The notes under the pieces: generated by a model
Database searches by the model: none
Told to the model about the DNA's origin: nothing
What the model saw: the letters and a program-made list of their open reading frames with translations, nothing else
Shown: positions 51,885 through 61,029 of the stretch, piece by piece
Layout: each line of letters begins with the position of its first letter
Position numbering within the stretch: position 1 is the first letter of the stretch
Program-made: the position numbers and the translations under genes
Origin: a virus
Virus record (IMG/VR): IMGVR_UViG_3300046373_000196
Location: 1 to 64,000 of that record
Reading direction: 5' to 3' (one strand)
DNA length: 64,000 bases

Positions 51885-51913
51885 TATAAAATATCTTTCT
51901 ACGATATTTATTT
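51885..51913. promoter_or_regulatory. 29-bp dyad promoter/operator element, copy 8 (distal tail operon)
   Basis: TATAAAATATC-tttctac-GATATTTATTT. -7 box TAACTTTG at 51926-51933 (+). Confidence 0.7.
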
Positions 51914-51956
51914 GATAAATTAATTTAACTTTGAGCATTACAACACACACACATAA

Positions 51957-53741
51957 ATGGCAATATTTCTTTCAGCAGGAGATTCCCAGTTTCAACAAAC
52001 AGGCAAGGGAGATATAAACTTTTTCAGAAACGGATTTGATACAGAGGTAAATAACATCTTTGAGGCAACCGACAAAGGAAAAGCTGGCCAGTTTATATAT
52101 AATCCCGATAGTCAGGGACTGGATGACAATGGAGGAATGTATCTTGTCAAAAACGGAAGAGTATACGAACGGACGTTTGAAGGTTATGTAAAGCCTGAAT
52201 GGTTTGGTGTTTCTCTTGCTACAACATACGTCAATGAAACTGCCCTGATGATGAAGGCGGTAGCTTATTTAATCAGTAAAGGCGGCGGTGTTCTAAGGCT
52301 TTGTAATAAGGTTTATTTCTGCAATCTGGCTTGGAGAGCAGATGATAATATTTCGATCCAGGGATCGAACGCGGAAAGAACGATGATTCAAAGCGTAAAT
52401 GAAAATCAGTTTGCTGTAAGGATAGATGGCGGTTTTTTATCTAAGGGTTCGTTTTTAAGGGATATTACCATCACAGGGCAGGGGCAGGTAAACAGAAGAC
52501 GGCACGGAATTTATTTTAACTGTGGATCTTTACCTTACCTTGACAATGTGGCTGTTGTTGATTGCGGGATTGGAATATGCCTGAACGGCACCATTGACGG
52601 TCATTTCAACCGTCCTATATTGAAAGGGAATTACGTAGGTGTTTTTATTACGACAGTTCACGGAGCCAGCGCAACAATAACCAACGTAGTAGAAGGAACA
52701 GATGAATTTAGCCTGGTTCTTTCTGATGCCGCCGACACACACCCCTCAGAGCACACTTTCATCGCTCCGGTATTTTTTGCAAACACCTTTCATTACATTG
52801 TTGACAATCACTCTACCTTCCCGGCAAACGCGAACATTAAGATATTTGGAGGCAGTATGCAGGGTTCAGCATGTGGGGTAGTGGTAGAATCAAGTCCTGG
52901 ACTTTTAGAGCAGCCGATGGTTTGGGACGGCGTATGGCTTGAAAATACATCAAGCAACCCGCAGCCGCACAAATTTAATGGTAAAACTTACGCGCCAAGA
53001 GATCTTTTGATGAATAGCGGACAGGCTTTGATTAAAGGATCTTTCATAACCAAAATGCACGCAGGGCCTGGCGCTATTATCGAATTTGATAACTGTAATT
53101 TTTATGATACTTACGAAGGACAGCTAACAACTTCGGGCAACGGCACCTTTATCGGAAAAGGCATAAAAGGCTACGGTACATTTTTACCTTTTAATTTCGA
53201 AAATGGTATAAACACTGACGCAACCCACATGCTTGGCTTTTATACCAAACCAAAAACGGTTCTAAGTAGGGCCTATTCCCAAAATAAAAGATATGCTAAC
53301 ACATTCGGGGAAACCGGCGCCAATGTTAATTCTTGGGGACAAGGAACGGTAATCAGCAAAGTTCCGGGTGGTGTCATGGATGGTACTTGCATGAACGTTC
53401 TGGTTCCTACAAGCGGTGGCGGGTTTTACGTTGATGTTCCTGTAAAACAAGATAAAATATACGCTTCGTGCTTTGCTATAAGAAGTATAGGTGATGGCTT
53501 TAAGATATCCCATGCAAACACTGGTAATATCCACTTTGGAAATACTGCTTTCAGTATAACACCGGAATGGAAAACCATTGTCATGATAGGCAGGGGTAAT
53601 GGTGAGGCTACAGCCGGGGTGCTATTAACTCAAAGCACCGGATCATCAAAAGAGTGGCAGATGTCAGGCTGGCAGATCCTTGAATTCAATAATCCTGGGG
53701 AGCTAAACCAATTCTTAGCCTCTGAGACCTTTGCAATATAA
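51957..53741 (+). CDS. beta-helix tailspike/depolymerase-like protein (pectate lyase superfamily)
   Basis: YVKPEWFGVSLATTYVNETALMMKAVAYLISKGGGVLRLCNKVYF matches the Pectate_lyase_3 N-terminal pattern. No signal peptide. Confidence 0.6.
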   Translation: MAIFLSAGDSQFQQTGKGDINFFRNGFDTEVNNIFEATDKGKAGQFIYNPDSQGLDDNGGMYLVKNGRVYERTFEGYVKPEWFGVSLATTYVNETALMMKAVAYLISKGGGVLRLCNKVYFCNLAWRADDNISIQGSNAERTMIQSVNENQFAVRIDGGFLSKGSFLRDITITGQGQVNRRRHGIYFNCGSLPYLDNVAVVDCGIGICLNGTIDGHFNRPILKGNYVGVFITTVHGASATITNVVEGTDEFSLVLSDAADTHPSEHTFIAPVFFANTFHYIVDNHSTFPANANIKIFGGSMQGSACGVVVESSPGLLEQPMVWDGVWLENTSSNPQPHKFNGKTYAPRDLLMNSGQALIKGSFITKMHAGPGAIIEFDNCNFYDTYEGQLTTSGNGTFIGKGIKGYGTFLPFNFENGINTDATHMLGFYTKPKTVLSRAYSQNKRYANTFGETGANVNSWGQGTVISKVPGGVMDGTCMNVLVPTSGGGFYVDVPVKQDKIYASCFAIRSIGDGFKISHANTGNIHFGNTAFSITPEWKTIVMIGRGNGEATAGVLLTQSTGSSKEWQMSGWQILEFNNPGELNQFLASETFAI

Positions 53742-53763
53742 TTTCAATCACACACGATAATCA

Positions 53764-55005
53764 ATGTCATTAGCAGTACATTTTCCTTTTGACGAATCGC
53801 CGGGGTCAACCGTTGCTTACGACTATTCCCCTGCCCAGTTGCATGCAAATGTAATGGGTGGCGACTTTGTAAAAGGCAGGGAAGGAAACTGTGTTTATTT
53901 TCCAGGTGCCGGCAAAGCAGAAGTGAAAGACGTTCAACCAATCAACTTTAACGGAGATTTTACAGTACACGGATGGTTTAAGGCGGAAATTAAAGGAAAC
54001 CTGCCAACGAAATCAGAAGTACGGTTCAAATTCCCTAACGTCAACGGGTGGGTTGTGCTTGATTTAAAATCCAACCTTCACAACTGGACACATATTGCTA
54101 TTACCAGAAAAGGCAATGACCTGTGTGCTTATAGTAACGGAAAACTTGCTGATTTCGGATATCAGGGACCTTATGGGCCTATCTCAGGACTTCATATCAG
54201 AACAGATTCGGCTTATTCGGGTCCGGGCTACTGCTACATTGACAATTTTATCGTACTCAATGATCAGGTGCTCACACCGCCTGATCTGATCAATATAATT
54301 TCAAACGCCACACTAGAATTGAACTTCTACATCAATGGACGAAACTTCAAGGAATTTGGGGTAGTTGTCAAACCTAATCCAAGAGGTGTTATGTCACGCC
54401 TTGAAACCAAAACCAAGGCATCTTACGACTGGACTGAATACCACGGACGAGTAGTGGATCTTTCTGATCTTCGTTTTGAGCCGCGCAAAATTGAACTGGA
54501 TTGCTATTTTAAGGCAACCGGCAAGGATGCAACCATAGATAACGTCATGGACCTTAAACAGGAACTGTCCAAGTCAGGAACTATCCGGCTTATGATTGAG
54601 CTTGGTTCAAAACCATTTGTTTATGAATGTTACATGCAGGAGGAAATGGAATTTGATGTGTTGAAATGGCGAGATAGTCAAATGTTTACCGAATTCACAT
54701 TAAAATTCATTGAGCCTGAGCCTGTGAAAAGAGTGCTGCTATTTACAGCAACGAATTCAAATAAAACCGCATCCATTACACTGAAACCCGGTAGTCTGAT
54801 CAATGTATATTGGGGGGACGGAGCGGTGACCAATGATGTTTACAGCCTTTACAATACAACTTCCGGGCTTGAAACGCCCAACACAATCACACACACATAC
54901 GCACAGAATGGCCCGTATTATATCGTAATGTCCGGAGCAATCGAGGATATAGATCAGGCCACCTTTGCCCATAACGCAGTATTAGTATGGAGCCGCTTAT
55001 TCTGA
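53764..55005 (+). CDS. distal tail protein (Dit) with N-terminal LamG/concanavalin-like domain
   Basis: The N-terminus FPFDESPGSTVAYDYS...FTVHGWFK...WTHIAITRKGNDLCAYSNGKL matches the Laminin_G_3 pattern. The C-terminal half (LNFYINGRNFKEFGVVV...RKIELDCYF...FVYECY) is siphovirus Dit-like. Confidence 0.6.
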   Translation: MSLAVHFPFDESPGSTVAYDYSPAQLHANVMGGDFVKGREGNCVYFPGAGKAEVKDVQPINFNGDFTVHGWFKAEIKGNLPTKSEVRFKFPNVNGWVVLDLKSNLHNWTHIAITRKGNDLCAYSNGKLADFGYQGPYGPISGLHIRTDSAYSGPGYCYIDNFIVLNDQVLTPPDLINIISNATLELNFYINGRNFKEFGVVVKPNPRGVMSRLETKTKASYDWTEYHGRVVDLSDLRFEPRKIELDCYFKATGKDATIDNVMDLKQELSKSGTIRLMIELGSKPFVYECYMQEEMEFDVLKWRDSQMFTEFTLKFIEPEPVKRVLLFTATNSNKTASITLKPGSLINVYWGDGAVTNDVYSLYNTTSGLETPNTITHTYAQNGPYYIVMSGAIEDIDQATFAHNAVLVWSRLF

Positions 55006-58000
55006 TCAAAAATGATGGCTCACGCTATCCGTTGCAAAGAACCAAGCTAGCGACCAACATCACCAAAGCAGAGCAGGTAAAAGAACTTTTAGGGCAGAAC
55101 GTTGTCAATATTTCGTTTGAATCATCCGGCCCTTTGGAGCTGGAAATTGGAACGAAGGTCAATGTTTTTGGCGAAGAATACCGCCTAAATTATATTCCGG
55201 AAGCAAAGAAAGGTTCTACCAAGGATTACGCCTATGATCTGGTATTCGAAGGTGCGCAGTATGATCTTTTGCGCTCCCAGTATTTTAATACCGATGCATT
55301 AGGCGTTTATACCAGCGGGGAATTCTCTTTAACCGGACTTCTGGATGTATTTATTTCCATCATTATATACAATGCCAACCGGACGTTCGGGGATGGTAAA
55401 TGGATTAAGGGAGATGTAGCGGTTTCCGAGACAAAGACCATGACATTCTCGAACCTGGATTGTTTGGCCGCGCTTCAAACCATTTGTCAGGAGTTTTCCA
55501 CCGAATTTGAGATCATTCAGAACGGCGATGGCAGCAGAACCATTAACGTCGGTAAAGTTGGACAACTTTTAAATGACACCTTCCAGTACGGGAGAAATAA
55601 AGGGCTGTACGAGCTAACCAGAAAGTCGGTCAACCCGACCGGCATGGTTAACCGTTTGTATCCGAAGGGATCAACGGAGAACATCAAAGCCGGATACCGT
55701 GGGTTTTCTGACCGCTTAAAGATTGGTGATAAAGGAAGTGATTATGTACAGAATGATGCTTCGGTTGCCGCGTTAGGCATCATTGAAGGGACGAAAATCT
55801 TTGACGAAGTAAAACCCCACCGTGAAGGGCAGATCACGGCCTTGGTGGATGGCGATATCAATTCGTTCATTGATTCGGGAATGGACTTTGATCTGAATGC
55901 ACTGGAAACAGGAAGCACGACCGATACCAAATACCTGATTGCCGGAACATCGGCTAAAATACATTTCAATTCCGGTCAGCTGGCGGGTTGGGAATTTGAT
56001 TTGCTGGATAAGACCGGATATATTGATACGACCAAGAAGTTTACGATCATCCCTTCCACAGAAAAACAAGGCGGAATAAAACCATTAGCCGCCAGTCCTT
56101 TTTTGATGGCCGTTGGTGATAAGTACGTGATTCTTGGAATCAATATGCCGGACACGTATGTGCAGGCAGCCGAAGACGAACTAAGAACCAAAGGACAGAC
56201 TTTTGTCGATGCGAACTGCTGGCCGATGGTTTCTTTTGCCTTGAAACTGGATCCGGAGTATTTAAAAAACCAAAGTTCATCCGGCGCGGTCACCAACTTT
56301 TTTTCCCTTGGTGATTATGTCAACATTAAAGATGCAGGTCTGGGTGTCGATAAAGCATCACGCGTAACGAGTTTTACCCGCCAGATTCAGAATCCTTATC
56401 AGTATGATATAGTCGTTTCTGATACGTTCCAGGTTAGTATTATTCAACGAACACTTACAGATAAAAGAGATCTTCAAACTATTATTCGCATTTGGGATTT
56501 AAGAAACCCACAGAAAGCTCGTGATAGTTACAGGAATGGCAGAGAATTGCTTGCGAGTGTATTTGACACAGACGGATATTTTGATACTGATCGAATTAAG
56601 CCCTTGTCGATTGAAACAAGTATGTTGTCTGTTGGCTCAAAATCCCAGCAGTTTATATTAAACACGGTTATTAAACCAAATTACGGAGGTGACCCCAATG
56701 TAGTTCGCTACGAAGCCGGAACATTGGTTCACTACACTATAGAAGAAGAAATCCGTAACTGGGTTTTTACTGCCGGAAACGTTCCAATTTCGCCGGAGGA
56801 TAGCGATAAGTATTTTTATATCTACGCAAGATGTAATAAATCAACTACGGCAGCATCGATTAAATTTTCAAAAGAGCAGATTAAGGTAAATGATGATGCA
56901 AATAATTATCATTTTTTACTGGGTTTGCTGCATTCCGTAACCAATAGTGTAGCGCCAGATGGTTCTTTATTATTTGTACGATGGATTAATCTAACCTACG
57001 GAGCCACAACAATCAATGGTGGCTTTATTACCACCGGCATGATTAAGAGCAATGGCGGTGATACGTACATTGACCTTGATAACAGTGAAATTGGTGGAAA
57101 CATAACCTTCAGAAGAGCGGACGGCACAAAGGGAGTTGTTGCTGATATGGAAGCTGAAATGGCTTCTTTTGTTGATACGATTACCGATTTAGTTGCAGGG
57201 ATTGATAATAAGATTGATACGTGGTACTATGCTTATGATCCAACGTTAAATAATGCGCCAGCAAATACCTGGTCAACCAATGAAATCCGAGATGCACATA
57301 TCAATGATAGTTTTACTAATACATCATCAGGAAAAAGTTTTAGGTATGTAAAGCAATCCGGAGTTTATAGCTGGGCAGCTATTTCAGATACAGATATTCA
57401 GACCGCTTTGGATTTAGCCGGAAAAGCACTGGATACGGCTGATCATAAAAGAACGGTGTTTGTTACGACGCCTTACACACCTTACAATGTAGGGGATCTT
57501 TGGAAGAATGGTAATGATCTGTTTATCTGTATTGCGGAAAGGCTTGAAGGCGCTTTCAATTCCTTGGATTGGGGAAAAGCTACCAATTACGATAATACGG
57601 TAACGACAATTAACGGTGGAGTTGTAACATCCGGATTAATCCAATTAGCGGGAATTGGAGGTTCTATTCTAGCCGGTATCTCAGGAGAAGGAACAGCAAA
57701 CACATCTGTAAGATTTTGGGCGGGTGCAGCTACCGAGAACCGGGCAGCAGCACCGTTAAGAATTTTGCAATCAGGTGAAATTGAAGCACGTAAAAAAATT
57801 GAAGTTTTTAATTCAGGTAATATCGGGATGGCCGGTATCTGTGGTTTTAATGTTTCAGGGGATGGCCCAGTGGTGGCTTTCTTCGGTGCTCCTTATGCGC
57901 AGCGCAATACAGCACCATGCCGGATTGAGCAGGATGGAACAATTAAAACCGGTGGTTGGGCCATTGGCTCGGCTGGTATTGTAAATCTTGATGGATCGGG

Positions 58001-58538
58001 TGTTTTTGTTGCAGCATCCGGAACCGGAAATAATGTTACAAAAGCCATCATTGGAGCGAATGCCGTATCCAGCGCGTCCGGAATTGTGGCAGCTGGCTTA
58101 TTTTCATCCAAGCAAACAGGGGCTAATAATGTAGGAGCGATCTTCGAGGCTTCGGGAGGTACTACGAATTACGCTTTTCAGGCTCTTTCCGGTAAGGCTT
58201 TAATCAACGAAGGATTGACAAACGGAAGGAGTTTCTTATCTGAAACGGTTCAGAATGCAACGCTTTTAGTTGATCCATCTTTGTATGATATTCTGATCAT
58301 TAATGGCGTAAAAGTTGGAAATACAATAGCCGGGGTAAAATTATCAGCACCTTCCAAACCGCTTGGCAACGGTAAGGAGTTGACCTTATTCCAGATCAAC
58401 GATTCTGCGACATTACGACTTTATCAAACGATCAGAGGCCAGGAAAATGTAGACTTAACGGGAGGTGGGATGATGAAACTTACCTACGTTGATGGATTCT
58501 GGTATATTTCTTCCTTCTACGATAATACATGGACTTAA
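54987..58538 (+). CDS. tail-associated lysin/Tal-like baseplate-hub and fibre protein
   Basis: 1183 aa. The N-terminus resembles prophage-tail/minor-structural-protein N-terminal domains. It lies directly after Dit with an overlap. Confidence 0.6.
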   Translation: MEPLILIKNDGSRYPLQRTKLATNITKAEQVKELLGQNVVNISFESSGPLELEIGTKVNVFGEEYRLNYIPEAKKGSTKDYAYDLVFEGAQYDLLRSQYFNTDALGVYTSGEFSLTGLLDVFISIIIYNANRTFGDGKWIKGDVAVSETKTMTFSNLDCLAALQTICQEFSTEFEIIQNGDGSRTINVGKVGQLLNDTFQYGRNKGLYELTRKSVNPTGMVNRLYPKGSTENIKAGYRGFSDRLKIGDKGSDYVQNDASVAALGIIEGTKIFDEVKPHREGQITALVDGDINSFIDSGMDFDLNALETGSTTDTKYLIAGTSAKIHFNSGQLAGWEFDLLDKTGYIDTTKKFTIIPSTEKQGGIKPLAASPFLMAVGDKYVILGINMPDTYVQAAEDELRTKGQTFVDANCWPMVSFALKLDPEYLKNQSSSGAVTNFFSLGDYVNIKDAGLGVDKASRVTSFTRQIQNPYQYDIVVSDTFQVSIIQRTLTDKRDLQTIIRIWDLRNPQKARDSYRNGRELLASVFDTDGYFDTDRIKPLSIETSMLSVGSKSQQFILNTVIKPNYGGDPNVVRYEAGTLVHYTIEEEIRNWVFTAGNVPISPEDSDKYFYIYARCNKSTTAASIKFSKEQIKVNDDANNYHFLLGLLHSVTNSVAPDGSLLFVRWINLTYGATTINGGFITTGMIKSNGGDTYIDLDNSEIGGNITFRRADGTKGVVADMEAEMASFVDTITDLVAGIDNKIDTWYYAYDPTLNNAPANTWSTNEIRDAHINDSFTNTSSGKSFRYVKQSGVYSWAAISDTDIQTALDLAGKALDTADHKRTVFVTTPYTPYNVGDLWKNGNDLFICIAERLEGAFNSLDWGKATNYDNTVTTINGGVVTSGLIQLAGIGGSILAGISGEGTANTSVRFWAGAATENRAAAPLRILQSGEIEARKKIEVFNSGNIGMAGICGFNVSGDGPVVAFFGAPYAQRNTAPCRIEQDGTIKTGGWAIGSAGIVNLDGSGVFVAASGTGNNVTKAIIGANAVSSASGIVAAGLFSSKQTGANNVGAIFEASGGTTNYAFQALSGKALINEGLTNGRSFLSETVQNATLLVDPSLYDILIINGVKVGNTIAGVKLSAPSKPLGNGKELTLFQINDSATLRLYQTIRGQENVDLTGGGMMKLTYVDGFWYISSFYDNTWT

Positions 58539-58554
58539 TTAACATACACATATC

Positions 58555-58896
58555 ATGAAAAAAGTAAAATTAAATGTCACCGATCGCGTATGGCTGCCCC
58601 AGATATTGCCATGTGATTCATTAAAAACCGGTCCGCTAAGATATTCGTTACTAAAAATGTCCCTTTTAGCGGATATAAAGAAAACTTTAAAATTCTCCCC
58701 GGAAGAAATAGAAATCTGTGAAATGACTGAAAATGAGATGGGGGATTTGTTGTTTTTTGACAGAATCGAAAAGGAATTTGAGTTCAGTGACAAGCAAATT
58801 GAAATTTTTAAAGAAGGAATTTTACAGGCAGATCAGGAGGAAAGAATCAGTGAAAAGATGTATGAGGCTGTTCTGAAAATTGATCCAATAGAATAA
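58555..58896 (+). CDS. hypothetical protein (last gene of the tail operon)
   Basis: ORF track. Confidence 0.45.
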   Translation: MKKVKLNVTDRVWLPQILPCDSLKTGPLRYSLLKMSLLADIKKTLKFSPEEIEICEMTENEMGDLLFFDRIEKEFEFSDKQIEIFKEGILQADQEERISEKMYEAVLKIDPIE

Positions 58897-58926
58897 GATT
58901 TTTACTTATTGATTTAGTTAATCGTT

Positions 58927-58956
58927 AAAAATGCCAGTCGGTTGATTGGCATTTTT
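58927..58956. terminator. bidirectional intrinsic terminator
   Basis: AAAAATGCCA-gtcggttgat-TGGCATTTTT, between convergent genes. Confidence 0.75.
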
Positions 58957-59382
58957 TTATTCATTCACCATTTCGCCCTGACCCGTTAAAAGCCAGTGCG
59001 CTGAAATATTATACTTTTCAACCAGGCGGGAATAGTACACTACATCCATGGCGACTTTCTCAAAATTGGTCTTAAACTGATGCAGGAACGTATACCTAAC
59101 GTTGATAGTTAGAGCCACGGCTGTTAAATTGGATGCCTGACCTGAACTGATAATATACTGAACCGCCGATAAAAACCTTTGTCTGGCAGCGATCGATTCA
59201 GGGTTATTGTTCTTGCTGCTTTTAACCGCGATCTTTTCACGGTATATCTTATTAGCCTCACCAACGGGAAGGTTTGGGTCTCTTTTCGGAATACGGACCT
59301 TTTTATCTGCTTCTGCTTTCTTAGGCCTTCCCGGTTTTCTTTTATCAGGTATTTCAAATTTTGAAGTATCCTTCTTGGTCAT
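58957..59382 (-). CDS. DNA-binding protein with AT-hook-like N-terminus and CI-repressor-type HTH C-terminus
   Basis: KRKPGRPKK motif. The C-terminus ...YNISAHWLLTGQGEM is the characteristic end of the phage CI-repressor HTH domain. Confidence 0.55.
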   Translation of the reverse strand: MTKKDTSKFEIPDKRKPGRPKKAEADKKVRIPKRDPNLPVGEANKIYREKIAVKSSKNNNPESIAARQRFLSAVQYIISSGQASNLTAVALTINVRYTFLHQFKTNFEKVAMDVVYYSRLVEKYNISAHWLLTGQGEMVNE

Positions 59383-59438
59383 CGTTTGTGTTTTGATGTG
59401 TCTAAGGTTTGCCGGACGTGCGGGTCCGGCTGGTATGT

Positions 59439-60707
59439 TTATAGTAATTGTTTAACCTGTTCTGTAGTGCCGAAAAACTGGTGGGAGAGGGTATCGCTGC
59501 TTACTACCGTATAAGGTGCCGCTTCTTCGATTTTCTTCCAGCCCATTATTTCGATTACATAATACGGATTGATCATCTTTATATTAATAATATAATTCGC
59601 CATGGTCTTTCTGGCTGTATGAAACCTGATTACCCGGTTGGACCCGATCATGTTCATGAATGTATTGAGCATGTTTGAAATCTTGACCAGGTTAAAGGGT
59701 AAATGATCTATTCCGCCGTATTCTTCCAGGATGGCTTCTACTTCTGGTCCAATAGGAACCCTGAACATAGTCCCGGTTTTCCTTCGTTTCCCGATCAGGA
59801 ATTTCCCTAATCTTAATTGAATGATTTCGCCTGGCTGAATATCTTTTGGGCTTTCCGCTTTTTTTACCAGATCATCCCTTTTTTTAGGATTCAAAAGCAT
59901 GTAATCACCAATGGATAACCCAGTATAACAGCAGAAAATGAAGGCAGCTCTGTAATGCCTGGCTTCACCCGTAAGGTTTAGATTCATCAGCGCATGCACT
60001 TCTTCCTGTTCAAGCCACGCCCTGCTAACCGGTGCCGGTACTTTGACAGTCTCTACATACTGGCAAGGGTTTTCGGTAATTTCTTTGGATTTTACAGCAA
60101 AGTTAAATGCATACTTGAAGACAGGGTAAATCCTGGCTGCTGTACCTACTGCGTATTTGGATTTAATTACATCGCGAACTCTTTCTACATCGTGTTCAGT
60201 GAAATTGCATATAGGAACAATCACCAGATCAGTTTCCTCTAAGGCCCATCTGATTATATTCTTATATCTTTTTCTGACCCGGTGCGTACCGATACTTAAA
60301 GTCTTCCCTACATCCTTTTGTTCTGCGTCAATAAATTCATCGAAAATATTTAGGTAGGTTTTTGCATCAGACGGTTGTCCGTGCTTGATCCGGTAATAAA
60401 CATTCTCAATAGACTTTTCTAAATGAGTCTTTGTGAAAATGAATTTTTTTCTTTCGTATTCACTGTGTATCCGGTTAATCTCTTGACGGATACCAACCAT
60501 GAAGTTTTGAACCTCAAAATACAAATCACATTTCTTTCTGGGGTTTTGCGTTCTGACGTCGAACTCTTCAGGATACATGGAAAAGGATTTTACAGCACAA
60601 GCGATCTGCTTATTGTTGACTGTAATCCTAACATTGAGACGCCCTCTTTTTCCTGGGACAGTAGAGGGTTTAACATAAAAATAAATAGTCACTTGATTTA
60701 AGTTCAT
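59439..60707 (-). CDS. int: tyrosine recombinase/integrase (Bacteroidota type with Arm-DNA-binding N-domain)
   Basis: N-terminus VTIYFYVKPS...RLNVRITVNNKQ. Catalytic region RRKTGTMFRVPI, HTARKTMANY and ...APYTVV. ATG at 60707, with an alternative TTG at 60734. Confidence 0.8.
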   Translation of the reverse strand: MNLNQVTIYFYVKPSTVPGKRGRLNVRITVNNKQIACAVKSFSMYPEEFDVRTQNPRKKCDLYFEVQNFMVGIRQEINRIHSEYERKKFIFTKTHLEKSIENVYYRIKHGQPSDAKTYLNIFDEFIDAEQKDVGKTLSIGTHRVRKRYKNIIRWALEETDLVIVPICNFTEHDVERVRDVIKSKYAVGTAARIYPVFKYAFNFAVKSKEITENPCQYVETVKVPAPVSRAWLEQEEVHALMNLNLTGEARHYRAAFIFCCYTGLSIGDYMLLNPKKRDDLVKKAESPKDIQPGEIIQLRLGKFLIGKRRKTGTMFRVPIGPEVEAILEEYGGIDHLPFNLVKISNMLNTFMNMIGSNRVIRFHTARKTMANYIINIKMINPYYVIEIMGWKKIEEAAPYTVVSSDTLSHQFFGTTEQVKQLL

Positions 60708-61029
60708 TATACTATTAGAGATGGGTAGCCTCAATAGTACAGAATGATTTTTATAATAAACGTTAATATTCTAATTTATTAGCATAATAAGTTTTCTACA
60801 ACTATTAGTCACAAATTAAAATAAACTAGTCACAGAACTACCAGAAAAGGCAAGTCATAGTTAATCAATCCAGTACGTCAATGAGCGACAACAATAATAG
60901 TTAAATAAGGCCCTTTTGACCTTGCTGTAGAGAGGAAGATAAACGAAATTTTCATTTATTTTTCCCGTAACTACTTGGTATTTAAACTGCTATAATTGTC
61001 ACCCGATATCTTAGTCACGGAACCAGCAT

